Both the position numbers and the translations under genes were made by a program. Below, piece by piece: positions 1 through 19,789 of a stretch of 64,000 nucleotides of DNA. Positions within the stretch are counted from its first letter, which is position 1. Each line of letters starts with the position of its first letter. This DNA is from Vicugna vicugna (taxonomy: Eukaryota): positions 558,992 through 622,991 of the forward strand of contig MU059180.1 in NCBI GenBank assembly GCA_013265495.1. The letters run 5' to 3'. Under the pieces are notes generated by a model. It did no database searches, was not told where the DNA came from, and saw only the letters and a list, made by a program, of their open reading frames with translations.

Positions 1-121
1 TACAGTAAGTGTGAAATGGAAGGGAGGAGATTGGTTCTTCCCTCCTTCCTATCTCAGCCGCTTTCCCAGGACACTGCAGGCCCTCTCTAACACTTGCCTT
101 TTCTCTCATTTCTATGTGCAG

Positions 122-704
122 ATGGCCGCCCCGCTCCTCCAATGAAAGGCCAGCTTCGAAGGAAAGCCCAAAGGGAAAAGTTTGCAGTGAGTGGCTAGAG
201 CCTCAGCCAGGGCAACCTGTGTATAATTAGGGGGAGAAAATTAAATCGTAATTTGTCTTGAGCTATGTTGGCACCTGAACTAATGCATACCCCTCGCTCC
301 CAGGCAAAGGTTTTAACAGTCCTGTGAGAAGGGAGGATAGAGCGTGGCACTCCTAGGGCAGGAACCAGGAGTAGACACACATTTTGCTGCCTTCCTCCCG
401 CTTCCTAGCCCCGGACCTGGTCCCACCCCTTCCCCAGTCAACAGTGTCATTTTCCAGCTGAAACCTCTGGCTTTGATCTGTGAATGAAAGGATATATGGT
501 GCAGCGCCCAAGCCCCAGATGTTATCCACACTGTTTTCCTGTCTGTTTCAGAGACGAGTTGTACTGCTGTCACAGGAAATGGATGCTGGATTACAGGCAT
601 GGCAGCGCAGGCAGCAGGAGAAGTTGCAGGAAGAAGAAAGGAAGCAGAAGAATGCTCTTAAACCGAAAGGGGCTCTACTGCAGAAGCCACAACCAAGTCA
701 GTAA
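122..704 (+). CDS. MRPL52: Mitochondrial ribosomal protein L52, last two coding exons (5' part outside window)
   Basis: Exons 122-186 ([22 protein letters not shown], cag/gt) and 552-704 ([17 protein letters not shown]...PSQ*). Recognised MRPL52 C-terminus; canonical splice sites; frames join. Confidence 0.95.
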
Positions 705-1084
705 AAAGCAGCTCTTGTCTCCCTTCTGCAGCTTCTCTCTGGCTTTCTTTTCTATCACCTAGATGCATCATCCCAGCCAGAAGAAAGCCTTAATGTGCCC
801 CATCTGTCTTCAGAGCAAAAAGGATGGACACCAGGAAGAACAGCCTGTAAGATCACTGCCTGGAAGGGTTGGCTCAGTGCTCTCACCCCTGGCTCTATTC
901 CAGTTCAGCGAAATCTTGCTCTGGGATATTTATCCCCTCTTTTGTAGGCCATAGGACTGGCCCAGCTATGAGCAGGAGCTGCTCTGCGAACATGAAAAGG
1001 GGGCAACAGGTTTCCTGGTTTTAGCCAGGCACCCAAGCCTTTAACAGCCCATGCACAGCTCAGGCCACATGCAGCTATGTATTT

Positions 1085-1090
1085 AATAAA
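1085..1090 (+). terminator. Candidate MRPL52 polyadenylation signal
   Basis: AATAAA ~380 nt after the stop, followed by TGTTTTG (GU/U-rich). Confidence 0.6.
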
Positions 1091-2589
1091 TGTTTTGATG
1101 AAAAAGCTTTTCCAACTGAGATCCACTTCTTGGCAAGCAACTGATACCAGTTTTCCTAAACTTCCCATATGTGGCCCAGGAGGATACCCCCACTGGGAAG
1201 GCTAACATGAGAAGAACCAGACTTGGGTGTTGCATGTTCTGCTACAGAGTTGGATCCTGCGGTTTCTGTGGTTCTGACTGAATTCCAGAGGTTGGTTGGA
1301 GAGAGGCCTGCACTTCCCGACCCCCATTTGTGTAGGGGAGCCCTGAGGTGCTCAGCCCCCAAACAGTCACTGTGGAAGAGTTATCTAATAGCCACCATAT
1401 ACCTCCCACAAACCCGACAGCCGCACAGGCCCTGGGGAAATCTTCCATTTTATTGATCATGGCTCCTCCCATGGATTCTAGTGGGGGGAAAGGACCTTTG
1501 CTCCCATTACAATACAGAGCAACAGACTTTTCTTGCATTCTTCTGCCACAGATAAGTGATAGTTCCTAGATCTCTAGGATTTCTGTAACTTTCTGCCTCA
1601 CCTAATTTCTGTCCAGCCTCCTTTATTCCTTCCCTTGTTTCTTTCCCTCCCTTCTTCCCCCCACTACCGCCTTCCTCTCTCGCTGACCAGTGCAATTCTT
1701 GGATCTTAGATTTCGCTGATGGTCGAGTTTTCTGTCTCCCACACTTTTCCTGCTTCTGTTGTGTTGCTTTTCCAGATCTAGCCCTCAGCCTCTTATCTGT
1801 CTCCCTTTCCCACTGCCATGCCAGCTCTAGCCTGCCCTCCCCCTTCCCTGCATACCTCCACCTTTTGTTCTCAGAGTCTAGTCAGTCCCTGAAGGAGGAG
1901 ATTATACTCTTTAAGAGATTGCCTCCTTTTCCGGTGTTGAGGGGAACTAAGCTCCACAGTCCTAACTCCCATTCTCTGTTTTTTTAGCAATTTCACCAAA
2001 CTTGATTTGCCTTTTGCCAGATTCCATGGCTTCACACTCCGTTCCTCCCCAGGGAGTTCTAGTTTAAGGAGCAGCAGATTGTAAGTGACAACAATAAAGG
2101 GAGCACATTTGTATTTCTCCAAGAACAGGAGTCCCAGATCCAGTGTGGTGGTGGGATTTGTCGGTGGGTGGTTGGGTTTTGTTACTGTTACACTTCTTTG
2201 GCGGGAGAGAGACAGAGGTGATTGTCAAGAATAGGGGCCAAAAATTTCAATCTGGTTGAGCCGCAGGTCCCAGCAGATGACCCCTCAAAGCGGGTTTCTA
2301 GACAGGGAAGAGCCCCCACCACCATCCCAGACTCTGAGCTCCTTATTTGCACCAGCCACTGAACCTCACAGTACTTCCCACGGAGGTGAGACAAACGCTG
2401 AATCCCAGAGGAATTAAGCCACTCAAAATATGCTTAGTGGGAGAAAGTCTCCCACATCCCGTCCCCTGAGTCCCCCCACAGCCCCCCGCTCTCAGCTGTG
2501 GCCTCAACCCTGCAGATGGCAGCCTCCACCACAGAAAGGCAACTTAGGTTTTTTTTTTTTTTTTCCCCGGCTCTTTGGCTGTAATTGGA

Positions 2590-11163
<8,574 letters not shown>

Positions 11164-11261
11164 CCCCCACTGCCGCCCGCCCACTCCTACCACGAGGACT
11201 TTGCCTCTGAAAGCCAGTGGCAGCAGGTGGTGGTGGGTGGGCTGTTCCCACCCCTCCCCCG

Positions 11262-11282
11262 CCCCCCCCCCCCCCCCCCCCC
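11262..11282 (+). repeat. Poly-C tract (C21) in MMP14 3' UTR
   Basis: Uninterrupted C run preceded by CCCCTCCCCCG. Confidence 0.85.
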
Positions 11283-11436
11283 ATCCCTTCTTCTCAGTCC
11301 CGTGACTGGCCTCTCCCACCCTCCACGCTGGCATTGCTTCTTCCCTAGACGGGTCCCCTGGGGGCTGAGCAGGGGCCGCCTTTCCAACCCCTGCCCCTCA
11401 GGGGCCCCCGTGGCTTGATGTACGTTCAGCCCCATC

Positions 11437-12554
11437 TGAATGTCTTGGCTCTGCACTTGAAGGCAGGAACCTCAGACCTCGCTGGTAAAGGTCAAATGGG
11501 GTCATCTGCTCCTTTTCCATTCCCTGACATACCTTTAACCTCTGAACTCTGACCTCAGGAGGCTCTGGGCTCTCCAGCCCCGCAAGCCCCCAGGTGTACC
11601 CAATTGGCAGCCTCCCACAACTCTTTCCTGCTAAAAGAAATCTAATCTTGTTGTGGCGGGGAGACCCTGAGAGAGTGAGGGGGTGGGAGCTGCACAGCCG
11701 CCCTAAGACCTTGGGAGGAAAGCTCAGAGAGGGTGAGTCCTCTCCCCACAGGTCTGCCTCTGCCCCACCTGCCCCCGAGAACATCCACAGAAGGAGCCTG
11801 AGCCATTAAGGACTAACCTGGGGCTGCAGAAACCCTTGACAGCCCCGCCCTCCCAAACGTTAGCCTCGAATGGGGAGGTCAGGGTTTCTAGAGCTGAGAC
11901 CAGGGGGTGCAGCTACGAGGTGGGGTGGGGCCAAGGAGAGAGACTTGGCCCGGAGCCCTGGGGGTGAGCCTGGAGGCCCCAGAGAAAGAAACTTGCTCAA
12001 ATGCAGGCAGCTGGGGTAGGGACCCATGGGCAGAGCAGTCAGAAGGGACAGGACAGGACCAAAAGGCAAACCAGGGAGGGGAAGCAGGAGTGCACAGCTG
12101 GGAGCCTGGCAGGCTAAGCCACCAGGGACACCACAGGGTGGGCTGTGGTACCCAGGGGAGGGCACATTTTATTGGAGCTCTCAGGAAGGGCCTGAGAAAG
12201 GCACACCTGCTCCTCCTTGGTGCCCTTGCTTCAATCAGACAGCAGAGAGGGGAAGACAGGGAGCCCAAGAAAGGAGCAGAAAGGGCACACACATCTGGGG
12301 ACTGGAGACTTGGGACCTTAATGGGAGCGGCCACCTAGTTAGGGAGCTGAGGATCAGCCTGCCTCAGCGAGCCTCTGAGAAGGGGCAGGTGCCTGGGCAT
12401 CTCTTGTCAGGTTAGCCCCTCACTTCCTGATGCCCCCTGCCCCTCAGCCCAGCCTACAGGTGTCCTGCCCCCCACCCTCCACCCTCCCCCAGCCCACACA
12501 TTTGTAGTCTCCTTCGGCCACTGAAGGTGGTCATGGTACCGGAGACTTGGGAGA
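11437..12554 (+). promoter_or_regulatory. miRNA seed matches in MMP14 3' UTR (miR-181, miR-24, miR-133, miR-150)
   Basis: TGAATGT 11437-11443; CTGAGCCA 11798-11805; GGACCAAA 12056-12063; TTGGGAGA ~12547-12554. These miRNAs are reported MMP14 regulators; function here is not shown. Confidence 0.55.
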
Positions 12555-12612
12555 GTGAGACACCCTGGGGGGGGCAGTGAGAGGAGAGGGATGTCAGGGG
12601 TGGGGGGGCAGG

Positions 12613-12834
12613 NNNNNNNNNNNNNNNNNNNNNNNNNNNNNNNNNNNNNNNNNNNNNNNNNNNNNNNNNNNNNNNNNNNNNNNNNNNNNNNNNNNNNNNN
12701 NNNNNNNNNNNNNNNNNNNNNNNNNNNNNNNNNNNNNNNNNNNNNNNNNNNNNNNNNNNNNNNNNNNNNNNNNNNNNNNNNNNNNNNNNNNNNNNNNNNN
12801 NNNNNNNNNNNNNNNNNNNNNNNNNNNNNNNNNN
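12613..12834. other. N gap (222 nt) in MMP14 3' UTR
   Basis: N run. Other gaps: 13996-14127, 20271-20413, 48688-48819, 57083-57230, 61192-61347. Confidence 0.98.
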
Positions 12835-12873
12835 CTAAGGACATTTTTGACCTTGTTCAACCTTTCCACGAAG

Positions 12874-12879
12874 AATAAA
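12874..12879 (+). terminator. MMP14 polyadenylation signal
   Basis: AATAAA ~1.7 kb after the stop, followed by U/GU-rich sequence. Confidence 0.8.
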
Positions 12880-15039
12880 CCGTTTCACATTCTTTGTGTG
12901 GCTGCAGTTTGTGTGCCTGGGATGTGGCTACAAGGGGGATGGAAAGCAGGAGGGCCATGCAGGGTTTTCAGTGAGGTAGGATTTTGGTATTTTTCGTAAA
13001 GAAATGTATTTATTGGTGGATGAAAGGGATCCATAGTCCAGAGTTGGGGAGGAGGGCATCCTTCCTGGGGGCAGAAGAGTGGTCCACAGAGCCCAGCTAG
13101 CTGCTCTCTCTCAACCTGGCCTAAGAGGCTACCTTTGAGGCCCAGGACTGCAAAGGCAAGAGGAAGTGGCCAAGCTGGGGCCACTCGGAAAATCTTCCTA
13201 AATTGCGTTACCCTGTCGTGTGATCCAGCCGCAGATGCTCCAGTTCCTCAGGCCTCGTGCTGGCTGCTGGGGAAATCCCCCATCACCATCAGCCTCGGGC
13301 TCAGGGGGCAGGCACTTCTCCCCAGCCCTCTCCCAGGCCTGGGGCTCCCTTTCAGGGGCAGAAAGAACAGAGGGGAAAGGAAGAGGTTGCCCCACGGGCC
13401 AGTTAGGAGCAGCTTGCCTCTAGCCAAACGGGTCTCACCACAACTGCACAGGAAAGGCAGGGTGATCAGGTCGGAAGGACAGAATGACATGGCTCTGTCT
13501 TCCCCTTTCCTTAGAAATTGCTGCCCTAGACAGGGTTCCCAGGCTATCGACCCACCCTTCTTCCAAACCAGCCTGGAGGGAGGAATCGCTCAGTTGCTGA
13601 GTCAGCTCAGCTGGAGGGGAGCAGCCCTCTTTCTTCCCTCCTTCCCTTCCTGCCTCAGCCCAGCCCTCCCCAGGCTCCAGCCCAGGCCCTCTCCCCGGCC
13701 TGCCTCCAGGAGTCCCGGCCCCACCTAAGCCAGGCCTTCTATCCAGCTGCTATTCAGGGCTGGCTGGTGTGATTGCTTTGGCAGAAGGGGTACCCCACCT
13801 TCCTGCCAGCCAGCAACCTTGACCCTATGCCTGGCCTCCTGTGCCTCTCCTGCCAACAGCTGTTTGGCAAGGCCTGTGTGTCTCAGTGGAGTTGGACACC
13901 ACCTCCCTGCCACCCTCACCAGAGGGGATGGGGACCCTGAGAAGCTGGCTCAGGGAAGTCAGGGGCGGGCGTCTGGGGGTGGTGGGGCCCGTGCGNNNNN
14001 NNNNNNNNNNNNNNNNNNNNNNNNNNNNNNNNNNNNNNNNNNNNNNNNNNNNNNNNNNNNNNNNNNNNNNNNNNNNNNNNNNNNNNNNNNNNNNNNNNNN
14101 NNNNNNNNNNNNNNNNNNNNNNNNNNNGGGGGACTGCCAGAGGGAAGAGGAGGGGGAGCCTAGGGCTCCCGCGCGGCTGGAGTGTGGTTTCCCCATCACG
14201 AGGAAATTGTTTGGCCCTGATTCTGGAATCACAAGATGCTCTCTGAAGCCAAGGGGGAGAGATGGGAATGGAGGACCAGAGACAAAGGGGGAAGAGGTGG
14301 AAGAGGCTTCACGAGCAGGGAGAATTCCAGGGTGGAGGCTGCAAGGTCCCGTGCTTCTGACGCGCCTTGGGTCTGAGGGATCCAGCCCAGTGAGGCTGCT
14401 CAGGGACCCCACCAGGCCCCAGCTGAGTGAGCCACCAGGTCAGGCTGGGGTTAGGGGAGAGCAGAGGGTCCTGTGGCTCCCGAGAGCCCTGCAAACACTG
14501 CTTTCACTGGCCCTACCCTGCTTTGTCCATTGGGCCTGACCCAGTTTCTATGGTTCCAAGTTCCTTTATTCGAAAGCAGCACATGTGAGTTAGAGCAGCC
14601 AGGAGGGAGCCAAGGGGAATCTGTGAGGAGGTTTGGGCAGAACCCAGGGAAGCAAGCTCTAAGGAGACTGGACTGGGGGCAAGCATCGAGCAGAGGCTGT
14701 ACTCTGCCCACCACTGTACCCCACACATTTTGAGGGGGAGTCACACCTCTTTTCTCTGGGGCCCAAGCTTCCAATGCTGCCAACCAGGCGCTGGGTCAGT
14801 GAGATGGGACGGGAAGGGAAGATCTAAGAAGGACTGGGCCCTCTAAAGGAGAGGGGACTCAGCAGAGCAACCCCTCACAATCTGGCCAGCTCTTCGGGTC
14901 CTTCACTGCCCCTCCTCCAGGCCCCTTCTCCCCCACAATCTAACAGACTTCCCAGTCCTCTCTACCTTCTGTATCCCTACTTCCTTTTCCAGCTAAGGGG
15001 ACACCGACATCTGCTGAGGTCCTCACAGCACTCAAGGAC

Positions 15040-15140
15040 ATAGCACTAACTGCCCCCATTTTACAGATGCAAAAACTGAGGCCCTAATAAAACTTGCTCA
15101 GTCTCACAGCTCATTAGTCCAAAATGAAAACCCAGGTCTG
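15040..15140 (-). mobile_element. MIR SINE fragment
   Basis: MIR core CCCCATTTTACAGATGCAAAAACTGAGGC. Confidence 0.7.
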
Positions 15141-16209
15141 TCTGATTTTTTTTTTTCTATACAGGCAGATTCTGACCATGTCTCCTGGGGTCTCTTCCAG
15201 TGTAGGCCCCCGTGGAGCGGGCTGTCTGTGTGGCAGTGTGTGTTCTGTGGAATCTCAGCAGACGTGTGCCTGCCTGTGGTGCCATGTAGCAGGAGCGCAG
15301 AGGAGCAGGGCTCTTCCTCAGAAATCTGCTTGGCCAGGAGTCACCTTACTTCTTAGGGGCAGGAACAGGTATTTGAGGAAAGGGAGGAGGTAGCAGGACT
15401 GAAAAGTCAGAGGAACTGAATGGGACAATGGCAGCAGTTAAGGGAGGGGTGGGGGTGGGGAATGTCTGAGGCAAGGGCCAATGAGGAGGGGAGGCCTTTG
15501 GGGTGATTTCCATTCCCTAAGGTCCCAGGGAAACCCCAGGCAAGCTTGCTCCATTGTTCTGCAATCCCTGGAACCCCTTCCAACCCACCCGCTCCAAATC
15601 TGAATTCACCTCCTTTAGGAGACCAACTCCAGTCATCTAGCCTGGGGGTTTCTGTCCTCCCTCAGACAGTCTTGGGAGACTAGAGAGACCCAGAGGCAGC
15701 CTTCAAGGGGGCTGGGCAGCCAGGGCCTGGAAGGGAGGCAGGCCTGACTGGCCAGAAGCCACCTTCCAAATGAGCTCACACACATACTTTCCACCCCGGC
15801 TGGCCCCGGGCCGGTGGCTGGGTGCCTTCCAGGCCAGCCTTCCCTGGGCAGGCCCAGCCCCCTCTGTCCTCCTCTGTCCCTCACCAGGCCTGGACCCCGG
15901 GGTTCCACAACAGGATCAGACACCCCAGGCCAGGCAGTCACTACACCCCAAGGGAGCAGCCCCCACTGCCTCCAGGCTGAGGCTGCATCTTCCCAGTTTC
16001 CCCTATTCCTTCATGGGCCCTTCGTAGCTTAGAAGAGGAGGAGACCAGCTTCCTGCCCCCAAAGACTCACACCTGGATAGGGAGGGGCAGTGGAGGGAAA
16101 GAAGAGGTGTCCCCACTGTAGTGAATTGGCGGAAGGGCTTCCTGAGAGAACCTGAAGTAGCTCATTGACTCAGGGACCAGGCCAGGTCTGGTAGCTGCCT
16201 CACCATGGG

Positions 16210-16720
16210 TCACATCCTGCCCACTCACTTCATTTCCCGCTAGGGGCACTTCCCTGATTTGGGACAGGATGGGGTCTGGGTGGGGCAAGGCCAGGTTGAC
16301 CACAAAGCAGGGAAAAGACGGGTGCCTCCGAAGGGCCCAGCAGATTCACACGCACGCGACAGGCTCCAGCTCATTTTGATCCAGCCTGTGGTCAAAGACG
16401 TCACCCTTCGTGCAGCTTCCAGAGACATGTAGCACCAGGCCAGAGAGCAAGATCAGTTCCCAGAAACGCTCTCCTTGGCCGCTCGTGCCTGGCTCTGTGC
16501 TCGGAACGCGGCTGCCCTGACCGAATAGCCTGGATCCAATAATATCTTCCTGAGGTTCAGATCAGACCCGGCAGACAACTCATCCCACTTTGGATTCCAA
16601 AAATATGGCCACTGCAGGTAGATCGCACAGCCGGCTGCTGCCCTCCGAGTCACTGGTGGTATAGTTCTGTCGAGGAATGACTATGATTCATAATAATACT
16701 GACCCCATCACGGCCACCAG
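16210..16720 (-). pseudogene. Putative fossil PRY-SPRY (B30.2) exon of a TRIM-like gene, with multiple frameshifts and a stop
   Basis: Colinear motifs across minus frames: QYYYE, FLD, SEG..R, QWPY..NP, W..LS, SGRYYW, GYSV, SGN*SCSLAW, RVxVxL, GT(L)SF, LALPH. Recognised from memory only. Confidence 0.5.
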
Positions 16721-17000
16721 ACACATGTTCTGTCCTCACTCACTTCCTTACAAAAGAGAAGGATGGTATTGGGCTCATGGGAGTTTGATAAAAGTTTTTG
16801 ACTTTATTTGCCAGTGAGAGCTGTGATAAACATACGTAAATAACTGCAGCTGTGAACACATAAGTGTTGTATACGTATGGACATATGTATGTGTATACAT
16901 AAATAGAGAATATATAGGGTTTAAAAGCATTAAGCTGTACACTTAAGTTCATTACATTCTTTGAATTTTACTGTAATTTCACCTCAATCTTTAAAAGATT

Positions 17001-17002
17001 GA

Positions 17003-17066
<64 letters not shown>

Positions 17067-17068
17067 AA
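17001..17068 (+). repeat. (GAAA)17 microsatellite
   Basis: Perfect tetranucleotide array. Confidence 0.97.
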
Positions 17069-18419
17069 ATCTATCGAAGTAAAGAGGTTCATAACTCCAG
17101 AACGACTGCTTCATCCCTATCGGTCTCCCCCTTATGTGCCACCCCTCCCCCACAGCCTGCACTTAACCTAGGAACGGTCCCTAATTGGGCTGTGTTGGCC
17201 CAGCTCTTCTGGAAACACCAGTCTTTCAGACTGCACTCCCAGAGCAGCCTGCACCTGGACCCTGGAGCACCCAGCAGGAAGGCCTCCTTCCTTGCACCCT
17301 CAAGCTCCGTGCCAGGTGTCCCTGAAGTCTCTCCTCCAGTCTACTCGCCTGTGCTCCAGAGATACCCTGCACCCCAGGCCTGCATGAAACTGCACACAAG
17401 CTCTGGGTGGAGGAAAGCTGGCGAAGGGGCCTGGAGGAACACCCACCCCCATTCCCTCTGGCTGGGCGCAGCCCCTCTGCAGCAGAGACCATCTGGACAG
17501 GGTTTGCAGGGTGGTAGCGCCCCCTTGTGCTGGGTGTTGGCACTGCAAACCAAGCCCGAAGAACTGAGAGGCCAGGGCAAAGCCAACAACAACCAGGGCT
17601 ACAATACCATCCACCTGTCCCAACCCCCTTTCCACTTTCCATGCTTCCGTCCAGGACACCTGTACTTAAAGGGGTGGGACTAGGGTGATACAGGATGACA
17701 AGCCTTCATCTTCCAGCAGCAGAGAAAGAAAAGTCAGAGTTTCCGTGGGCTGTCCCTCTGCGGGGGGGTTGGTGAACAGCCCTTGAACAACTCCAGGAAG
17801 AGGGAGTGGAGAGGGTGCAGGACTGAGGGTCTGAGAAAGCAAGGGAGGTGCTGGTGCCTTGTCCCCAGAGCTCCTTGGAGTTGCCACACTGCCCTCCTGT
17901 GGACACCTCAGATGCCGATCCCTCTAGGATGCCTGTCCCCTGAGCTCTTCAAGGTCAGCGTCCAGGTGAGTCTGCACTCCTGGGCCTCAGAATGCTAGGG
18001 CAGAACGCCCTCTGACCAAGGCAAGCGGGACTCTGGGACTCCTTTATCTGAGAGTGGGACATTTCTGTGCCACTTCTCTCAGGCCTTTGGAAGTATGCCC
18101 AAGCCTCTTGGGGGGGCCTCTAATGTGCACTCACCCTCCTAACCTCATCTGCGCCTTGAGGCTTGGGGACTCCTTTAATCCCCACCTCACATTTATAAAG
18201 CTCTGACATTTTGTAGTTTAAAAAAAATGCCTGTAGGTGTTTTGTGACTATCACTATGTTATTACCTTCTTTGTGCTAAAAGTTTTCATTTGTTAAATAT
18301 AAACATTTAAAATACAGCCAACATTTCCAAAACCGCCTTAGTGTTTAATTTTTCAATATGTCAGAGGCCCCCCAAATGGACACAATTGAGGTCGCTCTCA
18401 GTCCTCCAAGGGGTGTCCC

Positions 18420-18900
18420 CAACCCTGCATCTCATTCTTTCCAAAGCACAAGGCACCTTGCTCCTGTCACCATATGGTAGAGTCTTCAATCTCCATTCCC
18501 TTCAAACCTAGAGGTTTCCCCATCTTGAAAAGCTCTCCTGGATACTGCTGCAGTCTTGAATGATTTTTCTCATTTTCCTCTTTTCTCTCAAGCCAAGGTT
18601 TTTCAAAAGCTGTCTGCATTCCTTCCCCAGCCATTTCTTTTTAACCCAGCCTCCACATGTGCATCCCAACCAGGCATTTACTGAAACTTCTCCCCAAAAA
18701 TCCTTCGTGACTGCTCTCTTCCCACCCCAGGCCTTTTCTCTGCTTTCACTTTCTTTGGCCTCATATTAGCATCTAACACAACTCGCTTTGAGAAGCTCCT
18801 TTGCCCCTGTCTTCTGGGAAGTTCTGCCATCCTAAAATCCACAAGTCTCAGGTTTGTCAAGGAGCCTTGATGGCCTAGGACTGGCGTCCCCTGCATCAAC
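18420..18900 (+). mobile_element. Degraded L2 LINE fragment
   Basis: Pyrimidine-rich L2-like sequence; boundaries approximate. Confidence 0.45.
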
Positions 18901-19235
18901 ACTACCCACTCTCAGTTTCTGTACCAAGCAGAGACTGTCTTTATTCATCCCGTTAATTCCAGTTTCTGCCCTTCAGACTGTATAGAATAAACAAATTCTT
19001 GTTCCACACTACAGCTCTTCAAATACTTGGATCTAGTTTTCATGTATACAATCCCTCATGAAAATTAAGCTTTTTTTGCTTCATTCCAGTTCCTTTCTCA
19101 TTCCATAAACAGTTTCTCATACAACTTGGCTTAGAAACCCCCTAACCATTCCTATCACCCTCCTCTGGATTAAATTATTTTCTCAGTCTTTTAAAACAGT
19201 GCTTCCCGTACACAGAGAAGCAGTACCACACCGTG

Positions 19236-19530
19236 GTTAGGACAAGGACTCTGGAGTTACACAACCTGGGTTTGGCCCTAGCCTTTACGCCTTGCTGGTG
19301 GGATGACCTTCGGCAAGTTCTGTATCCTCCCTGAGCTTTATTTTCCTCATCTTTAAAGCGGGGCTATCGGGAGGGTATAGCTCAGAGGTAGAGTGCCTGC
19401 TTAGCATGTACAAGGTTCTGGGTTCAATCCCCAGTACCTCCATTAAAAATAAATAAAGTGGGACTACTAATTCAAAGAGCAGTTGAGTAGATTAAGAGAT
19501 ATAATCCATGTGATGCCTGTGATTGGCAGT
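19236..19530 (+). mobile_element. MIR SINE interrupted by a younger SINE
   Basis: MIR 5' part (GGACTCTGGAG...CTGGGTTTG...TTTCCTCATCTTTAAA) resumes after the insert (GATTAAGAGATATAATCCATGT). Confidence 0.7.
19369..19457 (+). mobile_element. Young tRNA-derived SINE (camelid-type, inferred)
   Basis: A box TAGCTCAGAGGTAG, B box GGTTCAATCCC, A-rich tail; imperfect target-site duplication AAAGCGGGGCTAT / AAAGTGGGACTAC. Confidence 0.9.
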
Positions 19531-19785
19531 CACTGACTGATTCATTCATTCAACATTGACTGAGTACCTACCTGCTTTTTGTCAGACATTGCTTTTGGCA
19601 ATGGGGATTCACCAGTAAACCAATATAGATCTAGGAACTTATATTCTTGCCCCCGTGGAACTTATATTCTTGTGAATGGAGCAGGGAATAAACACAATAA
19701 ATGAGTAAAATAGAGTATGTTAGATAGGGATAAGAATTTTCCAGATTTTTAAGCTCTGCATCCTTTTTGATGAACAATTCCACCT
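19531..19785 (-). mobile_element. L2 LINE 3' end
   Basis: TTCATTCATTCAACA...TGAGTACCTAC tail signature; contains a local duplication of GGAACTTATATTCTTG. Confidence 0.7.
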
Positions 19786-19789
19786 TTAA

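Noticed and set aside
12407-12999. ORFs spanning N gaps (also 13819-14539, 20156-20512, 48574-48858, 56944-57293)
   Set aside because: Their length is inflated by X codons; only the PRMT5 frames across gaps are meaningful.
16538-16600. CUB-like phrase on the plus strand (NNIFLRFRSD...HFGF)
   Set aside because: It is a single short motif with no CUB cysteines or upstream core, flanked by stops. It is the antisense of the SGRYYW motif, and the minus-strand SPRY reading has many more colinear motifs. An HMM search should still test it.
17928-17971. Plus-strand mini-exon-like signal (ctag|...CCAG|GTGAGT)
   Set aside because: 38 nt, no partner exon identifiable, and the opposite strand to the SPRY relic; cannot be supported without RNA data.
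19369-19457. tRNA gene call (also 20782-20930 and 60825-60938)
   Set aside because: A and B boxes are present, but A-rich tails, TSDs and multiple copies indicate tRNA-derived SINEs.
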